A stretch of 64,000 nucleotides of DNA from Pseudomonadota bacterium. GTDB taxonomy: Bacteria; Pseudomonadota; Alphaproteobacteria; JBCCHK01. Shown piece by piece: positions 1 through 10,216 of this stretch (position 1 is the first letter of the stretch; each line of letters opens with the position of its first letter). The notes under the pieces are model-generated. The model had not been told where the DNA came from. It did no database searches and saw only the letters and a list, made by a program, of their open reading frames with translations. The translations under genes and the position numbers were made by a program. The stretch lies in NCBI GenBank assembly GCA_039028835.1, contig JBCCHK010000001.1, positions 65,636 to 129,635 on the forward strand. The letters are read 5' to 3'.

Positions 1-432
1 GAGACGGATATGGGTCGTGCGCGCGTTTTCATCTGTCTTGGATTGCTCTAGGCTGAGATGCAGGACCTGATCGTGGGCAGGGTACCACGGTCCAAGTTTT
101 TCCGGCCATTCAATAAGGCTGATGACCTTATCGATGTCTTCCCAGCCGAGCTCTAAGACCTCGTCCGGGTCTTTGATCCGCCAGAGATCGATATGCCAGA
201 GCGGTCCTTGCTCGGTGTCGTGATGATGCACCAGGGTATAGGTGGGGCTGGCGGGATTCTTGCCGCCTCGTTGCATGATAAAGGCCCGGGCAAAGGTTGT
301 TTTGCCTGCCCCCACCTCGCCGCTGAGCAACACGCAATCGCCTGGCCTGGCCTGGTTCGCGCAGTCTTGGGCGAGGTAAGTGAGGTCGGATTCTAAAAGG
401 GCGCACAAGGTGAGCGAAGAATCACGAACCAT
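1..432 (-). CDS. tsaE: tRNA threonylcarbamoyladenosine biosynthesis ATPase TsaE (YjeE), 3' end runs off window; not in ORF track because no stop in window
   Basis: Minus-strand frame starting ATG 432..430 gives MVRDSS...[17 protein letters not shown] (P-loop LxGxxGAGKTTF typical of TsaE); start overlaps last codons of tolB. Confidence 0.7.
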   Translation of the reverse strand, partial: MVRDSSLTLCALLESDLTYLAQDCANQARPGDCVLLSGEVGAGKTTFARAFIMQRGGKNPASPTYTLVHHHDTEQGPLWHIDLWRIKDPDEVLELGWEDIDKVISLIEWPEKLGPWYPAHDQVLHLSLEQSKTDENARTTHIRL

Positions 433-1744
433 CGCTGTAGCCCGACCAAGCCGGGTCGGAACCGCCGTTTTCCGTTTGCAAGGTCCAGCTCGCCCCAGAG
501 GCGAGATGAATGACGCGCAGGTCAGCCCGGCCGCCCATGCCGGTGGGTCGCTGAGTGAAGTAGATCAGCGCTTGACCGTTGGGTGACCAGCTGGGGCCTT
601 CCACGTGAAAATCATCGACCAAGATGGTCATATCGGTGCTGTCGGGGCGGATGATCCCCAATTGAAACCGCCCCTGGTTAATACGGGTAAAGGCGATGTA
701 TTCGCCGGTTGGCGACCAAACCGGGGTGGCAAAGCGGCCGCGATCAAAGGTTAGGCGCTCAATATTCCGGCTTTGCAGGTCCATGATGTAGAGCTGCTGG
801 GTGCCACTGCGGTCGGATTCAAACACCATCTGTTGGCCATCAGGTGAAATCGAGGGCGCGGTATCGATGCTCGGGTGGGTGGTCAGGCGTTCACGCTCAT
901 CGGTCTCAAAGTCTAGGGTATAAATATCCGAGTTGCTGTTTTCAGCCAGGGAAAACACCAGCTTATTTTCCCTAGGAAAGAAGCGCGGCGCAAAGGTCAT
1001 CCCGGGAAAGTTCCCCAAGAGCTGTTGTTCGCCGGTTGCAATATCCAGCAAAAAGACCTGAGGGTTATCGTTAAAATAGGACAGGTAGGTAATCAGGCTG
1101 CTGTTTGGCGAAAAACGCGGCGTCAGCGTGAGGGTCTCATTAGCGGTGATAATGTGCCGCCGCGCCCCGTCTTGGTCCATAATCGCCAGGCGTTTGATCC
1201 GCCGCTCGACCGGTCCGGACTCATCGATATAGACAATACGGGTGTCAAAATACCCACGGGTTCCTGTCAGGCGCAGAAAAATCGCATCTGAGATGATGTG
1301 GGCGATTCGCCGCCAGTGGTCAGTCTGGGCAGTATACTCGATCGCGGCGAGTTGCGTTTCTTGAATGATATCCCACAAGCGAAACTCGACGCGGACGCGG
1401 CCTGCGGTGACTTCCCGCACCGTGCCGTGGATCAAAGCCTGGGCGTTGATGGTGCGCCAGTTGTTAAAGCGGGGTCCGTCCACCAGTTGGCTCGGACTAT
1501 CAAGATAAGCGGCTTGATCGATCACCCGAAATAGACCGGTGCGGGTGAGGTTGGCGCTCAACACGGCGCTGATGTCTTGGGCGATGTTGCTGCTTTGCGG
1601 GTCTAGGGCTAAAAAGGGGCTGATCGCAATGGGGATCGGTTCTACCGAGCCTTGGGTGATGGCGATACGTGTCTGCGCCGCCGCGGTGAGAGCAACACTC
1701 AACGCCAGTAAAAAGACAACTGCAGGCGTGGATACCTTTTTCAT
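422..1744 (-). CDS. tolB: Tol-Pal system periplasmic beta-propeller protein TolB (ORF extends to 1816; likely start [15 protein letters not shown] signal peptide at 1744)
   Basis: Signal peptide then TolB N-domain and WD40-like repeats (..GxxxxPxWSPDG.. motifs repeated); position downstream of tolQRA. Confidence 0.9.
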   Translation of the reverse strand: MKKVSTPAVVFLLALSVALTAAAQTRIAITQGSVEPIPIAISPFLALDPQSSNIAQDISAVLSANLTRTGLFRVIDQAAYLDSPSQLVDGPRFNNWRTINAQALIHGTVREVTAGRVRVEFRLWDIIQETQLAAIEYTAQTDHWRRIAHIISDAIFLRLTGTRGYFDTRIVYIDESGPVERRIKRLAIMDQDGARRHIITANETLTLTPRFSPNSSLITYLSYFNDNPQVFLLDIATGEQQLLGNFPGMTFAPRFFPRENKLVFSLAENSNSDIYTLDFETDERERLTTHPSIDTAPSISPDGQQMVFESDRSGTQQLYIMDLQSRNIERLTFDRGRFATPVWSPTGEYIAFTRINQGRFQLGIIRPDSTDMTILVDDFHVEGPSWSPNGQALIYFTQRPTGMGGRADLRVIHLASGASWTLQTENGGSDPAWSGYSDGS

Positions 1745-1802
1745 CAAAGCAACCATGATGGGACCGTTTGTAGCACCGCAACTCTGCCTCGCCAAGAGTT
1801 CG

Positions 1803-2765
1803 TTACTGCATATCAACGGGATTAAACTCTAGGATCATCTGACGCCAGGCGGCATAGTTCTCGGCTTGCAAGGGCCAGGGCTGGCAGGCGGGGTTGCGCA
1901 CGGCGCGTAACGCCGCATCCTGGGCAGCACGGAACTGGGGCGTGCCTGTCCCGCCGCGACCGCCAGACACCCGCGCACTGCGTACGGTGCCATCGCGATT
2001 CATGGTCACCGTGATCTCGATGATGATGCCGCTTTGGCGCATGTTAGGCGCGACCTGCCAACACGGGCGCAAGGTATCGCGGATCCGCAAGGCATCCAAG
2101 CTGGTCAACTGATTGCGTTGATCGGGGACGGTCTGTGCTGCGGGTACCAATTCATCGATCAGAGTGCTGATATCGTTTGTCTGAACCGCATCTTCATCAA
2201 CCTCTTCCGGCGTTTCTTGGTTATTTTGTTCGGGTGTGCCGCGGGCGATGTCATCGAGCAACGCGGTTACGTCGGTAATCGCCGGTTCAGGTTCGGGTTC
2301 TGGCGCCGGTTCAGGCTCGGGTTCTGGCGTCGGTTCAGGTTCTGGCACCGGTTCAGGTTCCGGCGGTGGTAAGGCGTCGGGCGTTTCAGGTTCAGGTGGC
2401 AGGATCGGTGGCGGTTCTGGCGCCGGAGGCGCAGGCTCGGCCGGGGCCGGAGGTTCGGTGGGTGGTGGCGGGATCTCTGGCAGAGGCTCGGCGGGTCGCT
2501 CTTGCGGGACGGTGACTTCGGGCGGGGTCGTATCCGGTGCGAGGACGGCAAGGTCAGGCGGCGGCGGTTGCGGGATTGGTGGTGGTTCAGGGGCCGGAGC
2601 CTCAGGCGGGGTAGGGGGTTCGGATGAGAGCTCGGCAGGTGGTGCGGCGGTGACGGTGACCTGCATAATCGTCGGTGTGATGATCGGCTTTTCATGCACT
2701 TCGATAAGCAAGGCCCCGATCAGCAGGCCATGTAAAACCAGCGAGATGATGAAGCTGAGCCCCAT
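1803..2765 (-). CDS. tolA: TolA, proline/glutamate-rich periplasm-spanning protein
   Basis: N-terminal TM helix, long [13 protein letters not shown] low-complexity linker encoded by 2270-2440 GC-rich tandem repeats, C-terminal TolA domain; between tolR and tolB. Confidence 0.8.
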   Translation of the reverse strand: MGLSFIISLVLHGLLIGALLIEVHEKPIITPTIMQVTVTAAPPAELSSEPPTPPEAPAPEPPPIPQPPPPDLAVLAPDTTPPEVTVPQERPAEPLPEIPPPPTEPPAPAEPAPPAPEPPPILPPEPETPDALPPPEPEPVPEPEPTPEPEPEPAPEPEPEPAITDVTALLDDIARGTPEQNNQETPEEVDEDAVQTNDISTLIDELVPAAQTVPDQRNQLTSLDALRIRDTLRPCWQVAPNMRQSGIIIEITVTMNRDGTVRSARVSGGRGGTGTPQFRAAQDAALRAVRNPACQPWPLQAENYAAWRQMILEFNPVDMQ

Positions 2766-2781
2766 GGGTGTGGCCCTTCTC

Positions 2782-3213
2782 TTAGGTTTGTTGGCCCGGC
2801 AGATCGGCGATCAACGAGACCTGGGTGAGGCCCGCGCTGTGCACCTCCCCTAAAACGTGCATAACGCGCCAGTAGGGCAATGATCGGTCAGCGCGTACGA
2901 AGATCACAGGCTCATTGATTCGTGCCCCAGCAACCGCCATGAGCAGCGGGATAAGCTGCCCATCCTCGACCTGGGCGTCACCGATAAACACGGCGCCGTC
3001 GGCTTGGATTGTCAGAGTGATCGGCTCTTCCACATTGCTGACGTTGGGCGCGGAGGAGTCGGGCAAGTCCACCGGGACCCCCACGGTGAGCAAGGGCGCG
3101 GTCACCATAAAGATAATCAGCAACACGAGCACCACGTCGACAAAGGGCGTGACGTTGATTGTGGCCATGGCGGCATGTTTGCGTGGTTGGCGAAGGTTGC
3201 GCGTGAGGGACAT
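2782..3213 (-). CDS. tolR: TolR (ExbD/TolR family biopolymer transport protein)
   Basis: 143 aa, single N-terminal TM, ExbD/TolR family features; adjacent to tolQ. Confidence 0.85.
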   Translation of the reverse strand: MSLTRNLRQPRKHAAMATINVTPFVDVVLVLLIIFMVTAPLLTVGVPVDLPDSSAPNVSNVEEPITLTIQADGAVFIGDAQVEDGQLIPLLMAVAGARINEPVIFVRADRSLPYWRVMHVLGEVHSAGLTQVSLIADLPGQQT

Positions 3214-3215
3214 GA

Positions 3216-3905
3216 TTAACTCTTGCCGACGTGACGCGCCAGCACGGCCATAAACTCGTCTTGAAAGTTGGTGATCCGTTCGCCGATGTTGTTAATCTGC
3301 TGCGAAAAGCGGTTATAGGCCATGGTGGCGGGAATGGCGGCAAACAGGCCAACCGCTGTGGCGAGCAAGGCCTCAGCGATGCCGGGCGCGACAATGGCAA
3401 GGCTGGTATTGGCCTGCTCGGCAATGGCGGTAAAGGCGTTCATGATTCCCCACACGGTGCCAAACAGGCCGATAAAGGGCGCGGTTGAGCCGATGGTGGC
3501 AAGAAAGGTAAGACCCTGGCTTAGGCGGGCAACCTCGCGCGAACCGGCGACCGTCATGACCCGCTCGACCCGTTGGACGGCTGAGATCGAAAGGGCGTTC
3601 TTTTGCTTGCTATCCCCACGATGTCGCCACTCCTGCATGCCCGAGACAAAGACAAAGCTCAGTGGTTCGGTGGGATTTTTCGAGTACTGATCAAAGACGG
3701 CGTCGATGGTCTTTTGCGACCAGAAGTCCTCCTCAAACATGCTCATGCTTCCTATGACTTTGCGCAGTTGGAGGGACTTATGCACGATCACGCTCCAGCA
3801 CCAGACCGAAGCCCCCAGCAGCAGGACAATGACAGTTTTCACAGTAAAGTCAGCGGCGTTGAAAAGACCAATCAGGGTCAAATCCGCAGCAGGAATCGTT
3901 TCCAT
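3216..3905 (-). CDS. tolQ: TolQ (MotA/TolQ/ExbB proton channel)
   Basis: 229 aa, three TM segments, MotA/ExbB family C-terminal region; operon position. Confidence 0.9.
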   Translation of the reverse strand: METIPAADLTLIGLFNAADFTVKTVIVLLLGASVWCWSVIVHKSLQLRKVIGSMSMFEEDFWSQKTIDAVFDQYSKNPTEPLSFVFVSGMQEWRHRGDSKQKNALSISAVQRVERVMTVAGSREVARLSQGLTFLATIGSTAPFIGLFGTVWGIMNAFTAIAEQANTSLAIVAPGIAEALLATAVGLFAAIPATMAYNRFSQQINNIGERITNFQDEFMAVLARHVGKS

Positions 3906-4229
3906 GGGCGTCTCTTATGGGTTACGGATCAGAAATCAAGACACAAGAACACGCCATAACCACCCATTACGACCCCAAGCGTTCATGGGCTTATCATGAC
4001 GGTGGTTGGTGACCTTAGCGTTGGGTCGAACTGCAAATCGGTATGAGGGCGCATGCCTGATGAAACAGCGCAAAGGCCGTATGGTAAGCCGTGAGGACAC
4101 GCCTTATCGTCAAGCCTTCACCAACAGCCCCCAGGAACGGTCCGCCGCCAAGGCCCCTTGTTTCGTCCTTATGGTTTCCTATCCTTATGACCTGCCCGGA
4201 GTCCTATGGTACGGATATCTTGCAAAATC

Positions 4230-4676
4230 TCAACGGCAAAAGCGTTGCATGGCGTCGATAAGGGGCTCGGGTAGCCGCGCCGGGCGAAAATCTGTCCCGA
4301 CGCAGACCAAGGTGAGCCTGACCGTCGCGATGGTTTGCTCAGCGTGGTCAGCGTGGTCAGCATGGTCAGTGTTTCGGGTGATGGGTTGGATGATTTCAAG
4401 ACGGGCTGGGCGAATCCGGGCAACCTCGCAGCCGACGATCAAGGTATCTTCTAGCCGGGCTGGATGGTGGTATGTCGCATTGAGCTGTTGCACGGCGAAA
4501 ACCACACCAAAACGCTTGTAGATCGTTGTCACACTTAACGCGATATCCCGTAAAAGGTCGCTTCGCGCCCGTTCAGCAAAGTAAATCAGACGGGCATGGT
4601 GGACGACTCCGGCGGCATCGGTGTCATGATAATAAACCGGATAGCGATAGCGAGCGTCCGTTGTCGGGCGGGTCAT
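4230..4676 (-). CDS. ybgC: Tol-Pal-associated acyl-CoA thioesterase YbgC (4HBT hotdog fold); ORF extends to 4781 but ATG at 4676 overlaps ruvB stop (ATGA)
   Basis: [27 protein letters not shown] hotdog thioesterase N-terminus; position between ruvB and tolQ; contains 9-bp tandem repeat (HADHADHAE) at 4340-4375. Confidence 0.8.
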   Translation of the reverse strand: MTRPTTDARYRYPVYYHDTDAAGVVHHARLIYFAERARSDLLRDIALSVTTIYKRFGVVFAVQQLNATYHHPARLEDTLIVGCEVARIRPARLEIIQPITRNTDHADHADHAEQTIATVRLTLVCVGTDFRPARLPEPLIDAMQRFCR

Positions 4677-5698
4677 AACAGGGGTGGCTCGTCTGTTTTC
4701 GGTGGTGGGGTAAGTCCCAGGCGGGTATAACCCAGCGGGCGCAAGACTCGCCCGCGCGCTGTGCGGGCGATGTAGTCGCACTGGATCAGGTAGGGCTCAA
4801 GCACATCCTCGACCGTGCCGCGTTCCTCGGATAGGGCGGCGGCGAGGGTCTCCACGCCGACAGGGCCACCGCCAAAGGACTCGGCGATCAGGCGTAGGTA
4901 GCGATGGTCCATCGGATCAAGGCCGTGCGCGTCGATTTCCAGCTGTTCCAGCCATTGGGCGATGTGAGGTTGCTCGGGGCGGGGGATGTCTTGGACGGTG
5001 GCAAAGTCCTGGATGCGGCGGAGCAGGCGGCCGGCGACCCGCGGTGTGCCTCGTGCCCTTTGGGCTATCTCTATCGCGGCCTCGCCTGAGAGGTCTAGGG
5101 CCAATAAGGCCGCTGCTCGCTGGACGATTGTGGCCAGGATCGCTGGATCGTAATACTGCAGCTGTAAGGGGATGCCAAAACGCTCGCGCAGGGGCGTGGT
5201 AATCATGCCTGCGCGGGTGGTAGCGCCGATCAAGGTAAAGGGCGGTAAATCGATCCGCACCGAGCGCGCCATCGGCCCCGTGCCGACCACCAGATCAAGA
5301 CCAAAGTCCTCCATCGCCGGATAGAGGACTTCCTCCACGGCGGGATTTAGGCGATGGATTTCATCGATGAACAAGACATCCCGGGGTTGCAGGTTGGTCA
5401 AAATGGCGGCCAAGTCCCCGCCCCGCGCCACCACAGGGCCCGACGTGACACGAAAACCAACGCCGAGCTCGTTGCTGACGATGTGCGCTAAGGTGGTCTT
5501 GCCCAAACCAGGCGGGCCGGCCAAGAGCACGTGATCCAGGCTTTGCTCGCGCTGGCGGGCGGAATCGATAAAAGTCGCGAGGTTTTTCTTCAAGGCGTCC
5601 TGGCCGATGAACTCGCCAAGGCGAGTGGGGCGCAGACTCATAAGCTGTGGATCACGCGCGGTCATCATCACAGAGCGGGATTCTGGTTGCTCGCTCAT
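4673..5698 (-). CDS. ruvB: Holliday junction branch migration helicase RuvB
   Basis: Walker [12 protein letters not shown], RuvB conserved N/AAA/C domains. Confidence 0.95.
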   Translation of the reverse strand: MSEQPESRSVMMTARDPQLMSLRPTRLGEFIGQDALKKNLATFIDSARQREQSLDHVLLAGPPGLGKTTLAHIVSNELGVGFRVTSGPVVARGGDLAAILTNLQPRDVLFIDEIHRLNPAVEEVLYPAMEDFGLDLVVGTGPMARSVRIDLPPFTLIGATTRAGMITTPLRERFGIPLQLQYYDPAILATIVQRAAALLALDLSGEAAIEIAQRARGTPRVAGRLLRRIQDFATVQDIPRPEQPHIAQWLEQLEIDAHGLDPMDHRYLRLIAESFGGGPVGVETLAAALSEERGTVEDVLEPYLIQCDYIARTARGRVLRPLGYTRLGLTPPPKTDEPPLL

Positions 5699-6297
5699 GA
5701 CTGGGGTAGATCCTTTAAGGCGGCGGTAATCAAGTCCTCAAGGCTGGCTTGGGGGTTGCTTGCAAAAGCCTTTCCCACCGCCATCCCCGCATCCCGGGCG
5801 GAAAAGCCTAAATTGCTTAGCGCCGAGGTGGCATCCTGCACCAAAGACGGTTTTGCCCCGGTGGCATCGATGGTGATCGGCGAGGCGAGGGTGGCGTCTT
5901 TGAGCTCGCTCACCAAGCGCACCGCCAGACGTTTGCCGACTCCTGGCGCGGCGGTAAAGAACGCCGCATCGCCGTGCTCGATCGCCTGCATGAGTTGATC
6001 CATCGGCGCGAGGTCCGCAATGGCTAGGGCAATGCGTGAGCCGACACCTTGCACCTTGAGGAGCATCTGGTGCAAGGCCACGCCGTTTTCTTGCAAAAAG
6101 CCATAAAGCTCCATCTGGCTTTCGCGCACGTGGGTGTGAATGAACAGCTCAACGGGTGTCTTGGCGGGTTTTTGTTGCAAGGTTTCGGACGCGCTTTGGG
6201 AGACTCGGACGATATAGCCGACCCCGCCTACGTCGATGATCGCGTACCCCTCTTGGACGTTGAGCTCGTCAAGCAGACCCCGAAGTTTGCCGATCAT
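5695..6297 (-). CDS. ruvA: Holliday junction DNA-binding protein RuvA
   Basis: MIGKLRG..YIVRVS.. N-terminus, HhH motifs, ruvA-ruvB overlap. Confidence 0.9.
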   Translation of the reverse strand: MIGKLRGLLDELNVQEGYAIIDVGGVGYIVRVSQSASETLQQKPAKTPVELFIHTHVRESQMELYGFLQENGVALHQMLLKVQGVGSRIALAIADLAPMDQLMQAIEHGDAAFFTAAPGVGKRLAVRLVSELKDATLASPITIDATGAKPSLVQDATSALSNLGFSARDAGMAVGKAFASNPQASLEDLITAALKDLPQS

Positions 6298-6806
6298 GAG
6301 AGACTCGCCGTCTCATGGGTTGCCTGATGGGTCGCCTCATGACTGCCGCAAATCGCCACCGCCAAGGCATCGCACGCATCAGGGCTTTGCGGCGGCGGGG
6401 TGCCAAGCAACACGCCGACCATGCCGGCAACCTGGGCCTTTTGCGCCGCACCGGAGCCGGTGAGGGATTTTTTCACCATCCGCGGGGCGAAGTCACGCAC
6501 CCGCACACCAAAGCGCGCCATGGTCACAAGCAACGCCCCGCGCACGAAACCAAGCTGGAGAGTGGTTTTGCCATTCACGTTGACGAAGGTTTCCTCAAGG
6601 GCGGCCAGGTCCGGCTGCCATTGGCTCAGGATGGTCTCCAGTTCCTTGACAAGATAGAACAGTCGGTCGGCAATGTCCTGGTCAGTGGGCGGTGAGATCA
6701 CCCCGAATGCGCGCAGGCTTAGCTGGTTGCCGCGCCTACTAATTACGCCCCAACCGGTGTGACGTAACCCGGGATCGACGCCGAGAATGGTAAGAGAACG
6801 CATCAC
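6294..6806 (-). CDS. ruvC: Crossover junction endodeoxyribonuclease RuvC
   Basis: ILGVDPGLRHTGWGVI RuvC N-terminal catalytic motif; upstream of ruvA. Confidence 0.9.
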   Translation of the reverse strand: MMRSLTILGVDPGLRHTGWGVISRRGNQLSLRAFGVISPPTDQDIADRLFYLVKELETILSQWQPDLAALEETFVNVNGKTTLQLGFVRGALLVTMARFGVRVRDFAPRMVKKSLTGSGAAQKAQVAGMVGVLLGTPPPQSPDACDALAVAICGSHEATHQATHETASLS

Positions 6807-6818
6807 ACTCTATCGATC

Positions 6819-7553
6819 TTAGGAAACCTGCTCAAGGGCTGAGAGATCCGTATTGACCCACACGTCCTGCACATCATCGTGATCGTCTAAACTTTCTAAA
6901 AAGCGCGCCAGAGTCTCAGGCTCGGTGGGGGGCTCGGCACTTTGCGCGCGCCACACAAGGCCACTGCGCGTGGACTCGCCAAAGCGCGTTTCTAGCATCT
7001 CACGCACCTGCGAGAGGGCGTCTGGATCAGTGGTGATGGTGTGCTCTGTGGCACTGGTCTGGCAGTCGTTCGCGCCTGCGTCTGCGGCGGCTTCGAACAT
7101 GGTCTCGGCATCGGCGGTGGTGGCATCAAATGTCATCTCGCCACAGCGGTCGAATAAAAAACTCACCGCGTTTGTGTCCCCCAGGGTGCCATTACCCTTG
7201 TTAAACAGGGTGCGCAACTCGGCCGCGGTGCGGTTACGGTTATCGCTCAAGACTTCCACAATCACCGCCACGCCGCCGGGGCCATAGCCTTCATAGCGGA
7301 GCTCTTCAAGGGCCTCACCGCCCCCCTCGCCGCTACCCCGGGCGATGGCGCGATCGATGTTGTCTTTGGGCATACCCGCTTTGCGCGCCGCTGTGATGGC
7401 GGTGCGTAGGCGCGGATTGGCGGCCGGGTCTGGCAGGCCGCTACGCGCGGCGACCTGAATCTCGCGCCCGATTTTGGTAAAGACGCTGGCGCGCTTGCGG
7501 TCCTGTGCGCCCTTACGGTGCATGATGTTCTTAAACTGGGAATGACCGGCCAT
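6819..7553 (-). CDS. yebC: YebC/PmpR family DNA-binding transcriptional regulator
   Basis: MAGHSQFKNIMHRKGAQDRKRASVFTKIGREI signature N-terminus. Confidence 0.9.
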   Translation of the reverse strand: MAGHSQFKNIMHRKGAQDRKRASVFTKIGREIQVAARSGLPDPAANPRLRTAITAARKAGMPKDNIDRAIARGSGEGGGEALEELRYEGYGPGGVAVIVEVLSDNRNRTAAELRTLFNKGNGTLGDTNAVSFLFDRCGEMTFDATTADAETMFEAAADAGANDCQTSATEHTITTDPDALSQVREMLETRFGESTRSGLVWRAQSAEPPTEPETLARFLESLDDHDDVQDVWVNTDLSALEQVS

Positions 7554-7693
7554 AAATCAAAAGTCACGCTTAAGGATAGGGAAAGAGGGCAAAAAATAAG
7601 ACAACGATGGGCTCATTTTATCACCCTATCATCGCGTCCGCCTAGGCGATGTCCCCGGCTCAATCTTTGGCTCGATCTCTGGCTCAAACAGCC

Positions 7694-8674
7694 CTAACCG
7701 AAGGGATGACGCCAGCCGCGAAAATCAGCCCACCCCATCTTGGCAAGGTCTGCCGGTAAATCCTTGGGCAAAAGCCGCTCATGTGGATCATCGGTGCAAG
7801 TGCCAACCACCACCGGATGGCCGCCATGGGCTTTGCTCATGTCTTTAAATTCAGGCCAAGCGTCTGGCGGGATGGTAAGCAAAAGCTCATAGTCATCCCC
7901 TCCTTGCCAGACTCGACGGTGCAATTCGGGCGTGCTCGCCATGGCCGCCAACGCCGCCAGAGAAATACCCGCACCCGCCTCGCGCATATCCAATCCCACC
8001 GCCGAGGCCTTCGCGAGATGCTCGGCTTCGCTAAAAAGCCCATCGGAGATATCGATCCCAGCGGTCAGCATGTCGCGCGCTGCGCGCGCAATATCTGTGC
8101 GCGGGGTCGGTAGGTGATAGCGCATCAAAAGGCGCGCACCGTCCACCCCGGGGGGCAATGCATCCGGGCGAATGTCCCCGCGCGCAAGCGCAAGGCCCGC
8201 GGCCGCCTCACCCACCGGCGCGGTCAGCACGAGCCAATCCCCGGGTAAAGCGCCCTTCCGGCGTAGCGGGTTGTCCGTATGGCCAAAGGCGGTGATGGTG
8301 GCGGTGCGATCCGTGCGTCCGGCGCAGGTATCGCCGCCCCAAAGGTGCACCCCGAAGCTTGGTTGATCTTCACCCAGGCCTGCGGCGAAATCCGTCAGCC
8401 ATGCCTCATCAAAAGGGCCCGTGAGAGTCAAGGTATAGCCCTTGGGGACGGCGGCCATGGCCGCAAGATCAGAAAGGTTAACGCGCAGGAGTTTACGAGC
8501 AATCAGGTGGGCAGGGGTGGCGGGCAGAAAATGCACCCCTTCGGTCATGGTATCGGTTGTAATGACCAACGGCGTTTGCGATGGCGCCAGAATTGCCCCA
8601 TCATCTTGTAACGCCAGAGCTTCAGTGCCCGTCAAAGGACGAAACAATCGATGGATGATGTCGAACTCGTCCAT
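7694..8674 (-). CDS. thiL: Thiamine-monophosphate kinase ThiL
   Basis: AIR synthase-related fold, MDEFDIIHRLF N-terminus typical of ThiL; nusB-thiL conserved linkage. Confidence 0.85.
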   Translation of the reverse strand: MDEFDIIHRLFRPLTGTEALALQDDGAILAPSQTPLVITTDTMTEGVHFLPATPAHLIARKLLRVNLSDLAAMAAVPKGYTLTLTGPFDEAWLTDFAAGLGEDQPSFGVHLWGGDTCAGRTDRTATITAFGHTDNPLRRKGALPGDWLVLTAPVGEAAAGLALARGDIRPDALPPGVDGARLLMRYHLPTPRTDIARAARDMLTAGIDISDGLFSEAEHLAKASAVGLDMREAGAGISLAALAAMASTPELHRRVWQGGDDYELLLTIPPDAWPEFKDMSKAHGGHPVVVGTCTDDPHERLLPKDLPADLAKMGWADFRGWRHPFG

Positions 8675-8677
8675 TTT

Positions 8678-9148
8678 CTATTTTTGGTCTATATTTTCTG
8701 TTTTGTTTTCTATCTTATCATCGATCAGACGTTGTAGGACGGCGTTAATCAAGCCAATCCCAGGGCCTAAATCAAACGCACCCGCCATGGCGATATAATC
8801 ACTCACCAGCGTCTTAGGTGAGGCGTCGGTGGTGTATAACTCAAAAGTAGCCGCCTGCAGGATCACGCGCACGATCACCTCCAGACGATCAAACGCCCAT
8901 TTTTCATCCAATGTTGCGCGAATTTTATCATCAAAGCGGGTGCTATGCGTCACAATCGCCTGGGCGCGGGTACAGGCCATGGCGGAAAGATTATTTTCTA
9001 TCGCAAGAGTTTCAAAAAGATCGTTATGTTGCTTTGTATTGATTGCTTTTGTATTGATGGTTTTTATGTTAATCGCTTGGGCATATAAAACCTGCACGGC
9101 GACCAGGCGTGTGCGTGCCGAGGCACGAATACGTCTATCAGCAGGCAT
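8678..9148 (-). CDS. nusB: Transcription antitermination factor NusB (ORF extends to 9307 but that would overlap ribH; likely start MPADRR at 9148)
   Basis: ARxxAVQVLYAQ NusB motif; ribH-nusB linkage; unusual internal repeat INIKTINTKAINTK. Confidence 0.8.
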   Translation of the reverse strand: MPADRRIRASARTRLVAVQVLYAQAINIKTINTKAINTKQHNDLFETLAIENNLSAMACTRAQAIVTHSTRFDDKIRATLDEKWAFDRLEVIVRVILQAATFELYTTDASPKTLVSDYIAMAGAFDLGPGIGLINAVLQRLIDDKIENKTENIDQK

Positions 9149-9605
9149 CAAAAAGATCACCATCATCACGGGCAAAGTCGCGTGCGCGTGTGCGCCAGCG
9201 ATGCATCGCCAAACAGGCCCGCGCCGCAGTCCCGCCAACATCGTGCCTGCCGTTTGGATCGGCGCGCTCTTTTGCATCTTGTTGATGATCGCAGGTGAGC
9301 AGGCCAAACCCTAGGGCTGTGCGGTGTGATAAGTCCGCAAGGCCGCGCGAGGCTTGCTGGCAGACGTATTCATAATGATCGGTCTTGCCGCGGATCACGC
9401 AGCCAAGGGCAATAAATCCAGAAAAAGGATTGTGATGGTCGTTGTCCTCGAGGACGGCTGAGATCGCCCCAGGCAATTCAAACGCTCCGGGGACCACCAG
9501 CGTTCTATAGGATTCTGCGGCTTTGCGTAAGGCAGCTTGTGCGCCAGCCTCAAGATCTTTTGCAATATCTTGATAATAACGGCTGGTCACGATGAGAAAC
9601 GTCAT
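9138..9605 (-). CDS. ribH: 6,7-dimethyl-8-ribityllumazine synthase
   Basis: MTFLIVTSRYYQDIAKDL...VPGAFELP lumazine synthase signature. Confidence 0.9.
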   Translation of the reverse strand: MTFLIVTSRYYQDIAKDLEAGAQAALRKAAESYRTLVVPGAFELPGAISAVLEDNDHHNPFSGFIALGCVIRGKTDHYEYVCQQASRGLADLSHRTALGFGLLTCDHQQDAKERADPNGRHDVGGTAARACLAMHRWRTRARDFARDDGDLFDAC

Positions 9606-10216
9606 GTCCCTAGGCCCTTTTCTATTTTTGTAAGCTCATGCCAGCGTTGCAGATACCGTCCGATCACGTCAAATTCTATATTGACCAATTCGCCAGACCT
9701 CAAGTCCGCAAGTGTTGTCACCGAGGCGGTATGAGGCACAATCGTCACACCAAACACGCAAGCATCAGGCGTGTCTTTAATCTCGTTGATGGTTAGGGAT
9801 ACCCCGTCGATCGTAATGGAACCGCGCTCGATGACCATGCTGGCATGCTCGCGATCAATAGAAAACCAAAACCGATCATCATCGCGATGATCTAACTGTC
9901 CCACCGTATCGACGTGTCCTTGCACCAGGTGTCCGCCGAGGCTATCACCGATCCGCAGGGCAGGCTCGATGTTCATGCGTCTACCGACCTGCCAATGGCC
10001 TAAAGTGGTGATCGCGCGGGTGGTGGGCGAAACTTGAACGTCATAGCCGGCCGCACCATGATCATGGGTCAAGGTCAGACAGCAGCCACTATGGCTGATC
10101 GACGCGCCGATTTGCCGGTCTTCAGCCGGCAGGTCACAAGCGATGCGCAGGCGGCCCTTTTCGATGTCTGAGGCCGTCGTCACTTCGCCGATCATCGTTA
10201 CGATGCCGGTAAACAT
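9602..10216 (-). CDS. ribE: Riboflavin synthase alpha subunit
   Basis: MFTGIV N-terminus, two lumazine-binding repeats. Confidence 0.85.
   Translation of the reverse strand: MFTGIVTMIGEVTTASDIEKGRLRIACDLPAEDRQIGASISHSGCCLTLTHDHGAAGYDVQVSPTTRAITTLGHWQVGRRMNIEPALRIGDSLGGHLVQGHVDTVGQLDHRDDDRFWFSIDREHASMVIERGSITIDGVSLTINEIKDTPDACVFGVTIVPHTASVTTLADLRSGELVNIEFDVIGRYLQRWHELTKIEKGLGT

Noticed and set aside
128-406. Track ORFs 128..406 (-) and 193..396 (+)
   Set aside because: Both are in the wrong frame relative to the clear TsaE P-loop reading frame ([13 protein letters not shown]) that runs on the minus strand from 432 to the window edge; Arg/Pro-rich composition typical of GC-rich off-frame ORFs.
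2034-2853. Gly/Ser/Arg-rich ORFs 2034..2372 (+), 2236..2853 (+), 2267..2695 (-)
   Set aside because: Antisense/off-frame readings of the TolA Pro/Glu-rich repeat region; low-complexity translation of a GC-rich tandem repeat.
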